This document shows, piece by piece, positions 26,353-39,521 of a DNA stretch of 64,000 nt. The DNA lies in the NCBI GenBank assembly GCA_030390025.1, contig CM059438.1:61568001-61632000 (forward strand), in the 5' to 3' direction. The notes under the pieces were generated by a model. It saw nothing but the letters and a program-made list of their open reading frames with translations. It ran no database searches and was not told where the DNA came from. The stretch comes from Squalus acanthias. Its lineage: Eukaryota. How positions within the stretch are numbered: position 1 is the stretch's first letter; each line of letters opens with the position of its first letter. The position numbers and the translations under genes are program-made.

Positions 26353-26722
26353 TTTTTTTTTTAATTCATTCACGGGATGTGGGCGTCGCTGGCAAGGCCA
26401 GCATTTATTGCCCATGAGAAGGTGGTGGCATACAACTTGGCTTGCGAGGCCCTTTCAGAGGGCATATAAGAGTCAACCGCATTTCTGTGGGTCTGGAGTC
26501 ACATATAGGACAGGGTAAGGAGGGCAGATTTCCTTCCCTAAAGGACATTAGTGAACCAGATGGGTTTTTACGACAATCCAGTAGTTTCATAGTCACCATT
26601 ACTGATACTAGCTTTTTATTCCAGATTTATTTAATTGAATTTAAATTCCCAGCTGCCGTCTGGAGATTTGAATGCCTCTGGATTACTAGTCCAGTAACAT
26701 AACCACTATGCTACCATACCCA
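26353..26722 (-). mobile_element. tRNA-derived SINE with Meta-like central domain
   Basis: Minus strand has ctggttcactaatgtcctttagggaaggaaatctgcc; tail matches the 3' end of the LINE at 35100-35160. Confidence 0.7.
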
Positions 26723-27689
26723 GGTCCATGTGGGTAGAAGACACAGTTGTAGGAATCGGGCAGTTTATTTGACAAAAGGGCAGTGTTGAAAGGATTACAG
26801 ACAAGTATTCTCAAATATGGGACTAATATAAGGTTAATCACCCTGCCTAGGTCTAAGAGAAACAAAAGAAGGCAAACCTCTTATGTCCTGTATCTCCCAG
26901 CAAGCCATACACAAGGCAGAAATCTCAGCTCCAACAAGTCCTTCAATCAACTATCATGATCACTGACCTGATTTTCCATGCTCCAGTTGGTCTGACTTTA
27001 TTCTCGCACTAATCATCCTAGCACGGCTCCACAATGTCTGCAGTGACTTCAGGGGACAATGGGATATGGCACTCTGCCACCCGCAGACATGTATAATACA
27101 GAACCACACCAGCTATCACGTAACTGCGACTTCACTCATTGCCAACCCATTATAAATAGGTGAGGCAACTAACAATGATACAAAGACCGTTTATATTCAG
27201 ACAGTGTTAAAGATTAATATTCCTTTTCAGGAAAAATCCAAAATCCCATTGTTAACTGCTCACCCATGGCTCACCTGATGGTATAGTGAGTTTATACAAT
27301 GGGTGCCCTGAGCCATACCGAATAGGTTAATCCTCAAACTGTGTTCAGTGAGCTGATCTCAGCTGGAGCAACATCAGGTGCACTACAATTACCCTCAGCA
27401 TCGGGAGGAGGCATGGGGACGGGGGGGCGAGAGATAGACGGGAAAAAAATCGACCTGGGTTCCCCTTCCTGATCACCACCCTGCTGGAACTCTACCTAAC
27501 AGCATTGTAGGAGTACCTTCACCACACGGACTGCAGCAGTTCAGAAGATGGCCTACCATCAAATCCTCAAGGGCAACTAGGGATGGGAAACAAATGCCAG
27601 CCTTGCGAGCGCTAGCCACATCCCAAGAATTAATTTTTTTAAAGGCCTATGGAGAAAAGAAATCCTGATTGCATAGGAAGGAAGGAAGA

Positions 27690-28020
27690 TAGGAACAGGA
27701 GTAGGCCATTCAGCCCCTCGAGCCTGTTCCACCATTCAATCAGATCATGGTTGATCTGTATCTTAACTCCATCCACCCATCTTGGTTCCGTAACCCTTAA
27801 TATCCTTGCCCAACAAAAAACTATCAATCTATCAATCTCAGTTTTGAAATTTTCTATTGACCTCCAACCTCAACAGCTTTTGGGGGAAGAGAGTTCCAGA
27901 TTTCCACCACACTTTGTGTGAAGAAGTGCTTCCTGCCATCACCCTTAAGAATGCTTTAAGGTTATGCCCCCGTGTTCTGGACTCCCCACCAGAGAAAATA
28001 GTTTATCACTATCTACCCTG
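27690..28020 (-). mobile_element. CR1 3' fragment
   Basis: ggaacaggagtaggccattcagcccctcgagcc end, similar to 40672-41000. Confidence 0.8.
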
Positions 28021-29723
28021 ATAATGATAAAATATCTGTGACTAAATGTGAAGGAATCAAAAGTGCAAAAGATACCAATAAGGACTATAAAAGTTTACGT
28101 CATTGAAGGACATCACGCAGGCCATCACGTCTGTGCCAGCTTTTTGCTACACAAATCCAAACTAATCCCACGAACCTGCTCTCTCCCCATAGCCCTGTAT
28201 CTTCCTCTGCTCTGTTTAGTCATGGCACTACGACCAGAGGAGAAAGATTCTAAACGCACCTCACAATACGATTTTAACGCTATAGATAACAGGAAAAGTT
28301 TTTTTTACAAGTTAAATTTGAGCACCAATATCTCTCTGCCCTACAGCACAGACATTTGACTATAAAGCAGGGAACTGTAAAATTGAGAGACAAGAGAGCC
28401 CTCAGTTAAGATGCCACTTTAAATCAAATCTGGCAGATAGGATACTGCTGGAAACATATTCTGTACTTTCCACCTACATTTTCCTCCTTTATTGTTAAAG
28501 GCTTTGCACGTAAAGAACTATTTAATCACAGAATTAATTCCCAGTTGACAGGGTGCAATCTGGTACTCAGAGCCGATACGAGGTTAGAAGAATGTAGAAG
28601 TCATGGATTTGGCAGAGTACTTTGTAAAAGAACGACTGAGGAATGTTTGAAATGATCCTGCGCTCTAAAAGTGGAGTGCAGTTGGTAGCGCTGATAAAAA
28701 AGCATATGGGGTCCTTGGCTTTATAAATAGAGGCATAGAGTATAAGAGCAAGGAAATTTTTCTCAACCTTTATAAAACACTGGTTAGGCCTCAGCTAGAG
28801 TACTGTGTCCAATTCTGGGCACTACACTTTAGGAAGGATGTCAAAGCCCTTGGAGAGGGTGCAGAGGAGATCCACCAGGATGATATCAGGGATGAGGGAC
28901 TTCAGTTATGTGAAGAGACTAGAGAAGCGGTGATTATTCTCCTTAGAGCAGAGAAGGTTAAGGTGAGATGTAATAGAGGTAGAATCATAGAAATTTACGA
29001 CACAGAAGGAGGCCATTCGGCTCATCGTGTCTGTGCAGGCCAAAAAAGAGCTATCCAGCCTAATCCCACTTTCCAGCTCTTGGTCCGTAGCCTTGTAGGT
29101 TGCAGCACTTCAAGTGTATATCCAAGTATTTTTTAAATGTGATCAGAGTTTCTACCTCTACCACCCTTTCAGGCAGCGAGTTCCAGACCCTTGCCACCCT
29201 CTGGGTGAAAAGATTTCCCCACAACTCCCCTCTAATCCTTCCACCAATTACTTTAAATCTATGCCCCCTGGTTATTGACCTCTCTGCTAAGAGAAATAGG
29301 CCCTTCCTATCCACTCTATCTAGGCCCCTCATAATTTTATACACCTCAATCAAGTCTCCCCTCAGCCTCCTCTGTTCCAAAGAAAACAACCCCAACCTAT
29401 TTAATCTTTCCTCATAGCTAAAATTCTCCAGTCCTAGCAACATCCTCGTAAATCTCCTCTGTACCCTCTAGTGCAATCACATCTTTCCTGTAATGTGGTG
29501 ACCGGAACTGTACGCACTACTCTATGTGTGGCTAACTAGTGTTTTATACAGTTCAAGCATAACCTCTCTGCTCTTATATTCTATGCCTCGGCTAATAGAG
29601 GAAAGTATCCCATATGTCTTCTTAACCACCGTCTTTACCTGTCCTGCTACCTTCAGGGATCTGTGGGCATGCACTCCAAGGTCCCTCTGTTCCTCTACAT
29701 TTCTCAGTATCCTACAATTTATT

Positions 29724-30476
29724 GGCCCAAAAATTCGGCCGAATACGGGTGAGTACGCACTGTGTACTCACCCGTATTCGATGCCGAAGTGCCGGTTTCG
29801 TGCATGCACGGGAAACCGGCACTTCCGGTATGGCGAAGGGGGCGGTTCCTAGGTGAACCGCATGCGTGCTAGAGGCTGCGCGCACGCAGCACACTTAGGT
29901 TTTTTTTCAGGTTTCAACGCGAGGGTAAGTATGGAAGATTTTACACAAGTGAAAAGGAGGCGTAAGACCCCTTTTGAACAAGGTAAGTAGTTAATTAAGT
30001 ATAATTTTAAATTTTTTTCAACAGGTTTATCTTTTTTAGAGACTTTAAAGAAAGGTAAGTTTATTTTTATCACTTTTAAAAAGAATTAAAAAAATTTCAA
30101 AAATTTAAATTTTTGTTTAAAGTGGTTAATTTATTTAACTATAGTTATTTTATTAATGTGATGGGTTTTTTTTAAATTTATTTGAGGTTTAGCTGTTCTT
30201 TTGGGGTCTCTTTCAATTCACAGATTTGACAGGTCTCCTGTCAAATCTATGAATGAAAGATGGTCTGCTGCCATTGGCTCTCCATGGTCCACGTGATCCC
30301 AGAGGTCGCATCGCACTAACTGCGCCCCTGGGACACGCACACACTGCGCGCCGGCACTAGGGAGAGGCCCAGGACCCGAAGTTCCTGTGGGCCCAAAACA
30401 CAACGGCCGGCGCGGTGTGTGATATCGCGCGCGATCCTTACCCCCGCGGCAAGCCTCCGAGTCAAATTTCTGGGCC
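29724..30476 (+). mobile_element. Harbinger-type MITE family B, copy 1
   Basis: TIRs ggcccaaaaatt / aatttctgggcc, TSD ATT, AT-rich core. Confidence 0.88.
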
Positions 30477-31581
30477 ATTGTGTATTCCCTTGCCTTGTTA
30501 GCCCTCCCCAAATGCATTATCTCACACTTCTCTGGATTGAATCCCATTTGCCACTTTTCTGCCCACCTGACCAGAAGATCACTGCTATCTTCCTGCAGTC
30601 TATAGCTTTCGTGCTCACTATCAACCACACGGCCAATTTTTGTATCATCTGCAAACTTCTTAATCATGCCCCCTATATAGGAACAGGAGTAGGCCATTGA
30701 GACCCTCGAGCCTGCTCCGCCAGTCAATGAGATCATGGCTGATCTGCGACCTAACTCCATATACCCGCCTTTAGCCCACATCCCTTAATACCTTTGGTTA
30801 ACAAAAAGCTATCAATCTCCGATTTAAAATTAATTGATCTAGCATCAATTGCCATTTGCAGAAGAGAGTTCCAAACTTCTACCACCCTTTGTGTGTAGAA
30901 GTGTTTCCTAATTTCACTCCTGAAAGATCTGGCTCTAATTTTTATACTATGCCCCCTTGTCCTAGACTCCCCAACCAGCGGAAATAGTTTCTCTCTATCT
31001 ACCATATCTGTTCCCCTTAATATCTTGAAAACTTCGATCAGATCACCCCTTAACCTTCTAAATTCTAAGGAATACAACCCTAATTTGTGTATTCTCTCCT
31101 CGTAACTTAACCCTTGAAGTCCGGGTATCATTCTGGTAAACTTACACTGCACTCCCTCCAAGGCCAATATATCCTTCCTAAGGTGTGGTGCCCAGAACTG
31201 CTCACAGTACTCCAGGTGTGGTCTAACCAGGGTTTTGTATAGCTGCAGCATAGCTGCTACCCACTTGTATTCTAGTCCTCTAGATATAAAGGCCAGCATT
31301 CCATTAGTCTTTTTGATTATTTTCTGTACCTGTTCACGACATTTTAATGATCTATGTACCTGGACCCCCAAGTCTCTTTGGACCTCCACTGTTTTTAGCT
31401 TTTCACCATTTAGAAAGTACCCTGTTCTATCCTTTTTAGGTCTGAAGTGGATGACCTCACATTTGCCTACAGTGAAATCCATTTGCCACAGTTTTGCCCA
31501 TTCACTTAATCTGTCGATATCCCTTTGTAATTTTATGCTGTTATCTACATTGCCTACAATGCCGCCTATCTTTGTGTCATC

Positions 31582-31899
31582 ACAGAATCACAGAATCCCC
31601 ACAGTGCAGATAGAGGCCATTTCGGCCCATCGAGCCTGCACCGACACATATCCCACCCTATCCCCGTAACCCCACGTATTTAATCCCCCTAACACTAAGG
31701 GTCAATTTATCATAGCCAAATCAACCTAACCCGCACATCTTTGGACTGTGGGAGGAAACCGGAGCACCCGGAGGAAACCCACGCAGACACGGGGAGAATG
31801 TGCAAACTCCACACAGACAGTCACCCGAGGCCGGATTCGAACCCGGGTGCCTGGCGCTGTGAGGCAACAGTGCTAACCACTATGCCACTGTGTTGCCCT
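31582..31899 (-). mobile_element. HE1-type V-SINE inserted in the FADD motif of a CR1
   Basis: Reverse complement of the 7170-7476 sequence; TSD tcatc. Confidence 0.88.
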
Positions 31900-33805
31900 T
31901 CATCGGCAAATTTGGATACATGACTTTCTATGCCATCATCTAAGTCGTTAATAAACACTGTGAATAGTTGAGGCCCCAACACAGATCCCAGCAGGACACC
32001 ACTAGTCACATCCTGCCAATTTGAGTACCTACCCATTATCCCTACTGCCCATCTCCTGCCGCTCAGCCAATTTCCTAACCAGGTCAATAATTTGCCCTCA
32101 ATTCCATGGGCTTCTATCTTAGTTAACAGTCTCTTATGTGGGACTTTATCAAATGCCTTCTGGAAGTCCATATAAATAACATCCATACACACTCCCCTGT
32201 CCACTACTTTAGTCACCTCCTCAAAAAATTCAATCAGGTTTGTCAGGCATGACCTACCTTTCACAAATCCATGCTGGCTTTCTCTGATCAACTGAAAATT
32301 TTCAAAGTGTTCAGTCACTCTATCTGTAATTATAGACTCTAGTAATTTCCCAACAACAGATGTTAGGCTAACTTTTCTATAATTCCCTGGTTTCCCTCTC
32401 TCGCCATTCTTAAATAGCGAAGTGACATGCGCAGTTTTCTAATCTAAAGGAACGGTTCCTGAATCGAGATTGGAAGATTATAGTTAGGGCGTCTGCAATG
32501 TGCTCACCTACTTCCTTTAAATCCCTGGAATGGAAACAATCTGGTCCTGGGGATTTGTCACTCTCTAGTGCCATTATTTTCTTCATTACTGTTATTTTAC
32601 TTACGTTCATTTTATTGAGTCCCTGTCCCTGATTCAGTATTAGTTTCCTTGGGATTTCTGGCATGCTATCCTCTTTCTCTACTGTAAATATTGACGCAAA
32701 GTAATTATTCGACATGTCCGCCATTTCCTTATTATCATTGACAATATTACCACTTTCAGTTTTTAAGAGGCCTACATTGCTCCTGACTACCCTCTTTTTC
32801 CTAATATAATTGTAAAAAGTCTTTGTGTTGTTTTTGATATCCCTTGCAAGTTTCTTTTCATACTCCCTTTTTGTAGCTCTTACTATCTGTTTTGTGACCC
32901 TTTTGCCGTTCTTTGTATCTTTCCCATTCGCCAGGATCTGTGCTTTTTTTTGCACTGAAGTCTAAATCATTGATATATACCACAAAAAGCAAGGGACCTA
33001 GTACTGAGCCCTGCAGCAACCCATTGGAAACAGCTTTCCAATCACAAAAACACCCGTCAACCATTACCCTTTCCTTTCTGCCACTGAGCCAATTTTGGAT
33101 CCAACTTGCCACTTTCCCTTAGATCCCATGGGCTTTTACTTTTCTGACCGGTCTGCTATGTGGGACCTTGTCAAAAGCCGTGCTAAAATCCATGTAGACT
33201 ACATCAAAGGAATCAAAATTATGAAGGATTTTGATCAAGTTAGTAAGAAGAAACGGTTTCCACTGGCAGGAAAGTCAGAGCACACAGATTTAAGATAATT
33301 GGGAAAAAATTCAGATGAGAAAGAGAATTTTATTTACACAGCGAGTTGTTATGATCTGGAATGCACTGCCTGAAAGGGTGGTGGGAGCAGATTCAATAGT
33401 AACTTTCAAAACAAAAATGGATATATACTTGATAAATATTTGCATGACTATGGGGAAGGAACATGGGAGTGAGACTAATTGTATAGCTCTTTCAAAGAGC
33501 TGGCACAGGCACAATGGGCCAAAGGGCCTCCTTTGATTTTTAGGGTTCAAACAATATAAGCCTTACATTTCACCTTGGTTTATATATGATCAAAAAAACA
33601 CAAATATAAATTACAGCAAGCAGATTCACTCCAAGGCTTACATTACCCCAACACATCGGTGTGATTAATTGACTGAGGGAGTGGATAGTAACCAGGGTTT
33701 GCTGATGAAGGGCATATGATTAATTTGAAATAACAGCTATGAGACCACCACCAGGACCATATCCTGAGTTTAAGTACTTCCCTTTCCTAGTGCGGATCCC
33801 TCTAG

Positions 33806-34260
33806 TTTTTGATTCTTTGGGATGTGGGCGTCGCTAACAAGGCCAGCATTTATTGCCCATCTCTAAGTGCCCGTGAGGAGGTGATGGTGAGCCACCTTCT
33901 TGAACCACTGCAGTCCATGTGGTAACTGAGTGGCTTGCTAAGCCATTTCAAAGGGCAGTTAAGAGTCAACCACATTGCTGTGGGTCTGGAGTCACATATA
34001 GGCCAGACCAGGCTAAGGGTAGCTGATTTCCTTCCCTGAAGAACATTAGTAAACCAGATGGGTTTTTACGACAATCTGGTAGTTTTATGGTCATTACTGA
34101 TATTAGCTTTTTAATTCCAGATTTATTTAATTAATTAATTTAATTTAATTTAAATTCCCCAACTGCCATGGTGGGATTTGAGCTCATCTCCTTTGGATCA
34201 TTAAGTCCAGGTCTACTGGATTTCCTCGTCCAGATACATAACCACTATGCTACCGCGCCC
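33806..34260 (-). mobile_element. Meta-like SINE copy
   Basis: Similar to 26353-26722. Confidence 0.7.
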
Positions 34261-34339
34261 CTAAAGTATTTCAGCTTTGTCATTTCTGACTATCTCACGC
34301 TGTGAAAATATTAAGAAAGGCACCATGAAGCAGTCCATG

Positions 34340-35170
34340 CCCGTATGCAACAAGACCTGGACGACATTCAGGCTTGGGCCGATAAGTGGCAGGTAACATT
34401 CGCACCACACAAGTGCCAGGCAATGACTATCTCCAACAAGCGAGAGTCTAGCCACCGCCTCTTGACATTCAACGGCATTACCATTGCAGAATCCCCCACC
34501 ATCAACATCCTGGGGGTCACCATTGACCAGAAACTTAACTGGACCAGCCACATAAATACTGTGGCAACAAGAGCCGGTCAGAGGCTAGGTATTCTGTGGC
34601 GAGTGTCTCACCTCCTGACTCCCCAAAGCCTTTCTACCACCTACAAGGCACAAGTAAGGAGTGTGATGGAATACTCGCCACTTGCCTGGATGAGTGCAGC
34701 TCCAACAACACTCAAGAAGCTCGACACCATACAGGACAAAGCAGCCCGCTTGATTGGAACCCCATCCACCACCTTAAACATTCACTCACTCCACCACCGG
34801 CGTACCGTGGCTGCAGTGTGTACCATCTACAAGATGCACTGCAGCAACTCGCCAAGGCTTCTTCGGCAGCACCTCCCAAACCCGCGACATCTTCCACCTA
34901 GAAGGACAAGGGCAGCAGGAACATGGGAACACCACCACCTCCAAGTTCCCCTCCAAGTCACACACCATCCTGACTTAGAAGTATATCGCCGTTCCTTCAT
35001 CGTCGCTTGGTCAAAATCCTGGAACTCACTCCCTAACAGCACTGTACCTTCACCACATGGACTGCAGCGGTTCAAGAAGGCGGCTCACCACCACCTTGCA
35101 AGGGCAACTAGGGATGGGCAATAAATGCTGGCCTTGCCAGCGACGCCCACATTTCACAAACGAATAAAAG
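34340..35170 (+). mobile_element. CR1/L2-group LINE (second family) 3' fragment
   Basis: QDLDDIQAWADKWQVTF...LGVTIDQKLNWTSHI...YKAQVRSVMEY RT C-terminal region; tail gggcaataaatgctggccttgccagcgacgcccacat. Confidence 0.85.
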
Positions 35171-35329
35171 AAAGTATTTCCTGGGTCGTTTTAAACTATG
35201 TAAAAATTAAACCTTGTAAGTAACATAAATACTTGAACATCGCCCTCCCCCCAAAAAAAAACAATTACTCTGAAACGTGAACGAGAAGATGGTTTCATTC
35301 AGCAGCATCGAGCTCGAAATCTGAGGGCC

Positions 35330-36130
35330 CAACATCTCAGAGGGCCCGCCTCGTGGGAAAGACCTGCTGCTCCAGTTGCCGCCATTTCTGCTCCGCGCCC
35401 AACGGCCACGGGGGAGAGGGGCTGCGCGTGACGTCACGCGAGGCGCGATCCCTGGGAGCTGGAGCCGCCGGGGTCGCGCGCCAGAAGGCGAGGCGCGGTC
35501 CCGGCCGTCCAGTCCTGTGACGTCACGGGCCGCGTGGCAAGCCGGGCGAAGCGCGGTCCCGCCAGTTCAGTCCTGTGACGTCACGGGCCGCGTGGCAGGC
35601 CCCCGCGAAGCGCGGTCGCGGCAATCTTATGACGTCACGGGCTTGCAGGTGAGCCCCCCCACCCCTCCCGCGAAGCGTGGTCCCGGCAATTCCGTGACGC
35701 CCCCCCTCCCCCGGAGCCGCGCCTAGGCTGAGGTGATAGTTGGGTGAGTGCGGTAGCGGCGACAAGAACCTGCCGAGAAAGGACCCCCCGCCCCCAGGCT
35801 GGCTGTCGCTCGCTCGGTTAGCCGCCTGCTCTGGGAGGGTAGCTGAGGTGAGTTTGAACCGTGCGGCGAGGGAGGGAAGCAGGGCGGCGGCGGCCATGTT
35901 CTGTGCAGGTGCTCTCGGAAAGGGACTGTCGGGCCTGGGTTACTTTTGCGACAAAAACAAATCCACCGTTTTTAAATTGTTTAACAACAAAAATATTATA
36001 GACCCGGAGCGCGTGTTTCAATCATTTTGAAGTGTGGGAATGAAAAGTTAGTGCCACTCCCTGAGGGTGAGGCCACGAGGGGGGGCGGGTCCGCTGTACT
36101 ATTCCCGCTCTGGGACAAGGCCGCCAGTGG
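35330..36130. promoter_or_regulatory. CpG-island promoter with CRE array, YY1-like motif and candidate non-coding first exon(s)
   Basis: CpG-dense non-TE sequence; TGACGTCA at 35429, 35518, 35576, 35630; GCCGCCATTT at 35378; plus-strand donor GAG|GTGAGT at 35848. Confidence 0.8.
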
Positions 36131-36263
36131 CCTATAATTTCATTCTGTATTTAAATACTAGGTGAAATAAGTCAACCCGTGGACAGTGAGTGTGTGGTAT
36201 CCGCCCGTGCTCTGAGCCACATTTAAGTGAGACTCTTGCTCGATCAATTAATTTTTAGGGGCG

Positions 36264-36399
36264 AATAAAACGAAAGGGAGAACTGCGGATGTTGGAAATC
36301 TGAAACAAAAAAAGAGTAAATGCTGACCATGTAGTCAACATCTGCAAAGGTAAAAAGACAAGTTAACGTGACAAGTTAACGTTTTGGGTGAAACCCTTT
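36264..36399 (-). mobile_element. Short decayed Penelope-associated (hammerhead-type) repeat
   Basis: Flanked by a 13-bp near-TSD atttttaggg(g/a)cg; minus strand ends ataaagggtttcacccaaaacgttaac, a broken hammerhead-like core. Confidence 0.5.
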
Positions 36400-37211
36400 A
36401 TTTTTAGGGACGCTCCACGACAACATTTCTCGCATTTTTAAATCAAAATGCATATCACTTACAGTATATGTGGATAAATACTTGCCAGAAAGTAATAGAG
36501 TAGTTTCAGTTGTATATAAGCTACTTGAAGGTGCCAAAAAAAACTACTATTCCAGCTATTTGCTGACATCTGACACTTTAACTATCTGAGAATATAGAAT
36601 GAGTGAAGGCCATTTGGATGATCTAACTTGGCATGTTAAACCACATGCTCTGGTCAATTGCTAGTGTTCCAAACAATAAGTAAGTTTGAGCAAAACTGAA
36701 TTAAATATATAATTCAGAAAAGTACATAACAGTAGACTATTAACAGTATAGCAGAGGTGGGCAGACCAATTTTGTTGCATGAAATTCCAAAAATTATTCA
36801 TTTTAAACTCTTAAAGCTTGTGCAAACCGTCCTCTTTGACAGATCTGATCTTGCAAAATTAGGGATAACTACTGGTCTGTACGGCAAATTATTACAACAT
36901 GTGGTAGACTTACCAAACCCGTGTCTCTTAATTGTTTACCTTCGAACAATTTATCCTAACATGCTTCAGTCCTACTAAGATTAAAATATTTCTTTGTTAA
37001 CATCCCCATTCTTCTTGAAAGCTACTGAAGTCCATTAGAAGAACCCATTTTTCACAGAATAAGATCAAGAACCTCACTTGGTTCTTCCCTATAGGGCGGT
37101 GCACCAAGATGCTCAACTCCAAATGTGGCAAAAGAGCAGGAAGCTTTATTTGAAGGAGTTATTCAGTTACAAATTTGCATGAGCTGTTTTAATGCATCAT
37201 GCTGTTTTACA

Positions 37212-38085
37212 AAGACTTGCATGTATATAGCACCTTTAACGTAGAAAAACATCCCAAAGTGCTTCAGAGGTGTAATCAGACAAATATGGATGCCAAGCCA
37301 AAGAAAAAGGTAATAGAAGAGGTGACCAAAAAGGTTGGTCAAAGAGGTAAATTTTAAGGAGGGCCATTAAGTTTGAGAGAAAGGTGGAGGGATTGAGGGA
37401 GGGAATTCCAGAGCGGTTGTAAGCCCAGCTGCCAATGGTGGGGTGAAGCAGGGGCGAGAGCACAAACGGCCAGAGTCAGAGGAACAGAGAGTTCTGGGGG
37501 AGGTTGTAGGGCTGGAGGAGGTTACAGAGATGGGAGGGGTGAGGCCTTGAAAGTATTTAAACATGAGGATGAGAAGTTTAAATTGGAGGCGTGGGGTAGC
37601 CACTGTAGGTCAGAAAGGACAGGGTAATTGGTGAGTAGGGCCTGGTGCAGGATAGGATACAAGCAGGGCTGAAGTTTAGAGGGTGAAGAATGGGAGGCCA
37701 GCCAAGGGAGCATTGGAATAGTCGAGTCTGGAGATGGCAAAGGCATAGAAGGGGGTTCCAGCAACAGGTGATGTTACGGAGATGGAAGTAGGCTATCTTT
37801 GTGATGGTGAGTATATGGGGCTGGAAGCTCAGCTCAGAGTTCAGATAGCTTGCAGAGATTGCCAATAGTCTGGTTCAGCCTGAGACCATGGCCGAGGAAG
37901 GGGATGAAATCGGTGGTGTGGGCACAGAGTTTATGGCAGGGCCTGAAGACAATGGCTTAATTCTTCTCAATGTTTAACTAGAGGAAATTGCAGCTCATCC
38001 ACCTCTACATATCATTCAAGCAGTCTGACAACATAGAGGCAGTGGTTGAGAGAGATGGTGGAGAGGTAGAACTGGATGTCGTCGG
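37212..38085 (-). mobile_element. L2 LINE 3' fragment
   Basis: ELSFQPHI...KIAYFHLRNI and LQWLP...FKLLILMFK motifs; tail shared with the DeuSINEs. Confidence 0.8.
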
Positions 38086-39521
38086 ACAAGTCTCGTCAAT
38101 AAGAACTGGGGTTCTTATCTGTAAAGATAAAAAGACAAGTTAACGTTTTGGGTATAACCCTTTATTTTTAGGGGTGATCTGTGACTGGATGAGATTTGTT
38201 ACCAGATTTTCACATGACATGCTCCAACATACTACCATGTTTCACTCATACCTGACCTCCTTACGCTACCCAGCAGTTCTTCCTAATCCTGTGTACTTTT
38301 GTTTCCTCTGTTTTGTAATCTCTTTGCAATGTACAGTAGATTTTTTAGAAAACATTATATGTGCAAAACTGAAAAATAAACAACTGAGAAGTATATTTCG
38401 TTTACATTGAATGATTTTTCATTGTAATCAGAAGAAATCCATAACCACCTGGTGTCTGCTTGTGAGGCTACACAGCAAGCTGAGAGGTTAACTATTGTAT
38501 TAGTCACTCCAGCTGGATATTGTGCCAAAAGTGTGACCAGAAAATTTAACATCTTGTGAACGCAGAATTGAGTTATTGCTGCTTGCTAATTAATTGGACT
38601 ATTATAGTGGTGTCCATTATAGATGGACTGATTGAGTGTGCTGCTCAGAATCCTGGTGGTATAAAGAACATGCTTGAGGTAGAATTGAGATGAATTTTGG
38701 CTGTTTATCGACCTTAGCCAAGGTTGGGGAGGGAAGGGAAATGTGTTGGGTATAAATGAAGTGAAAGGAAACCCCAGTATGGAAACAGAATCTGTGGGCA
38801 AATGAAAGATCATCACCCAATCTCTTCTCCCCTCTCCCCCGGATGGCTAAATGGACATGCAGTTGTATGAAGTGGGTGGGAGGAGGTTTGCCCATTTTGA
38901 CACTTCAGGGCACCTTCCCCAGAGAACACCAGGGCATAATTTTTGGTAAGCAGTTTAAAACTGAACACTACTTGCAGAGCCACTGAATGGGTGGAGCAGT
39001 CGACGGCACACTTCATAGAATCATAGAAAGTTACAGCACTGAAGGAGGCCATTCGACCCACCGTGTCTGTGCCGGGAGAAATCTTGGGCAGGAAACAGCA
39101 TCCAGCAGTACCATGTATCTCGGACGGTCCAAAGTTTGCGTCCCACAAAGTGTTGTCTGTACTCCTCATCAAAGCCAAGTCCTTAGGCAACTTTGCAGCT
39201 CACTCTTTGCATCTCCTGCATACCCATAACTCAGAAGGGCATACCTTCCAGATGCAATGTCGAATCATAAATCTTGCCATGCTCACATTTTTTAAGGTCA
39301 TAACACCTTGAAGTTAATTTAGATCAACCTAGATGTGTGGTGCACATGCATTTACTGATACCCAGGTTGTGCACATAAGTGTCACTGCTTCTTCTGATTG
39401 AGATTATTCTTCTGTTGTGACAACTTGAGGGTACAATCCCAAACTGGAGAACAGCCTCCTTTATCAAGTCTCCTATGACTTGTCTAATGAGCTCTGGTGG
39501 GATCTGTAGACTAGTCTATCT

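Larger units (their letters stand above)
28670..33540. mobile_element. Nested CR1 cluster: CR1(+) 28670-28980/33206-33540 hosting CR1(-) 28981-30677/32950-33205, which hosts CR1(-) 30678-32945
   Basis: RT motifs in ORFs 29060..29443, 30751..31482, 31821..32318, 32410..32955, 32858..33112, 33315..33536; host sequences resume collinearly across each insert. Confidence 0.88.

Noticed and set aside
35488..35700. CRISPR-like repeat array
   Set aside because: Eukaryotic context, degenerate whole-unit repeats without unique spacers, no cas genes
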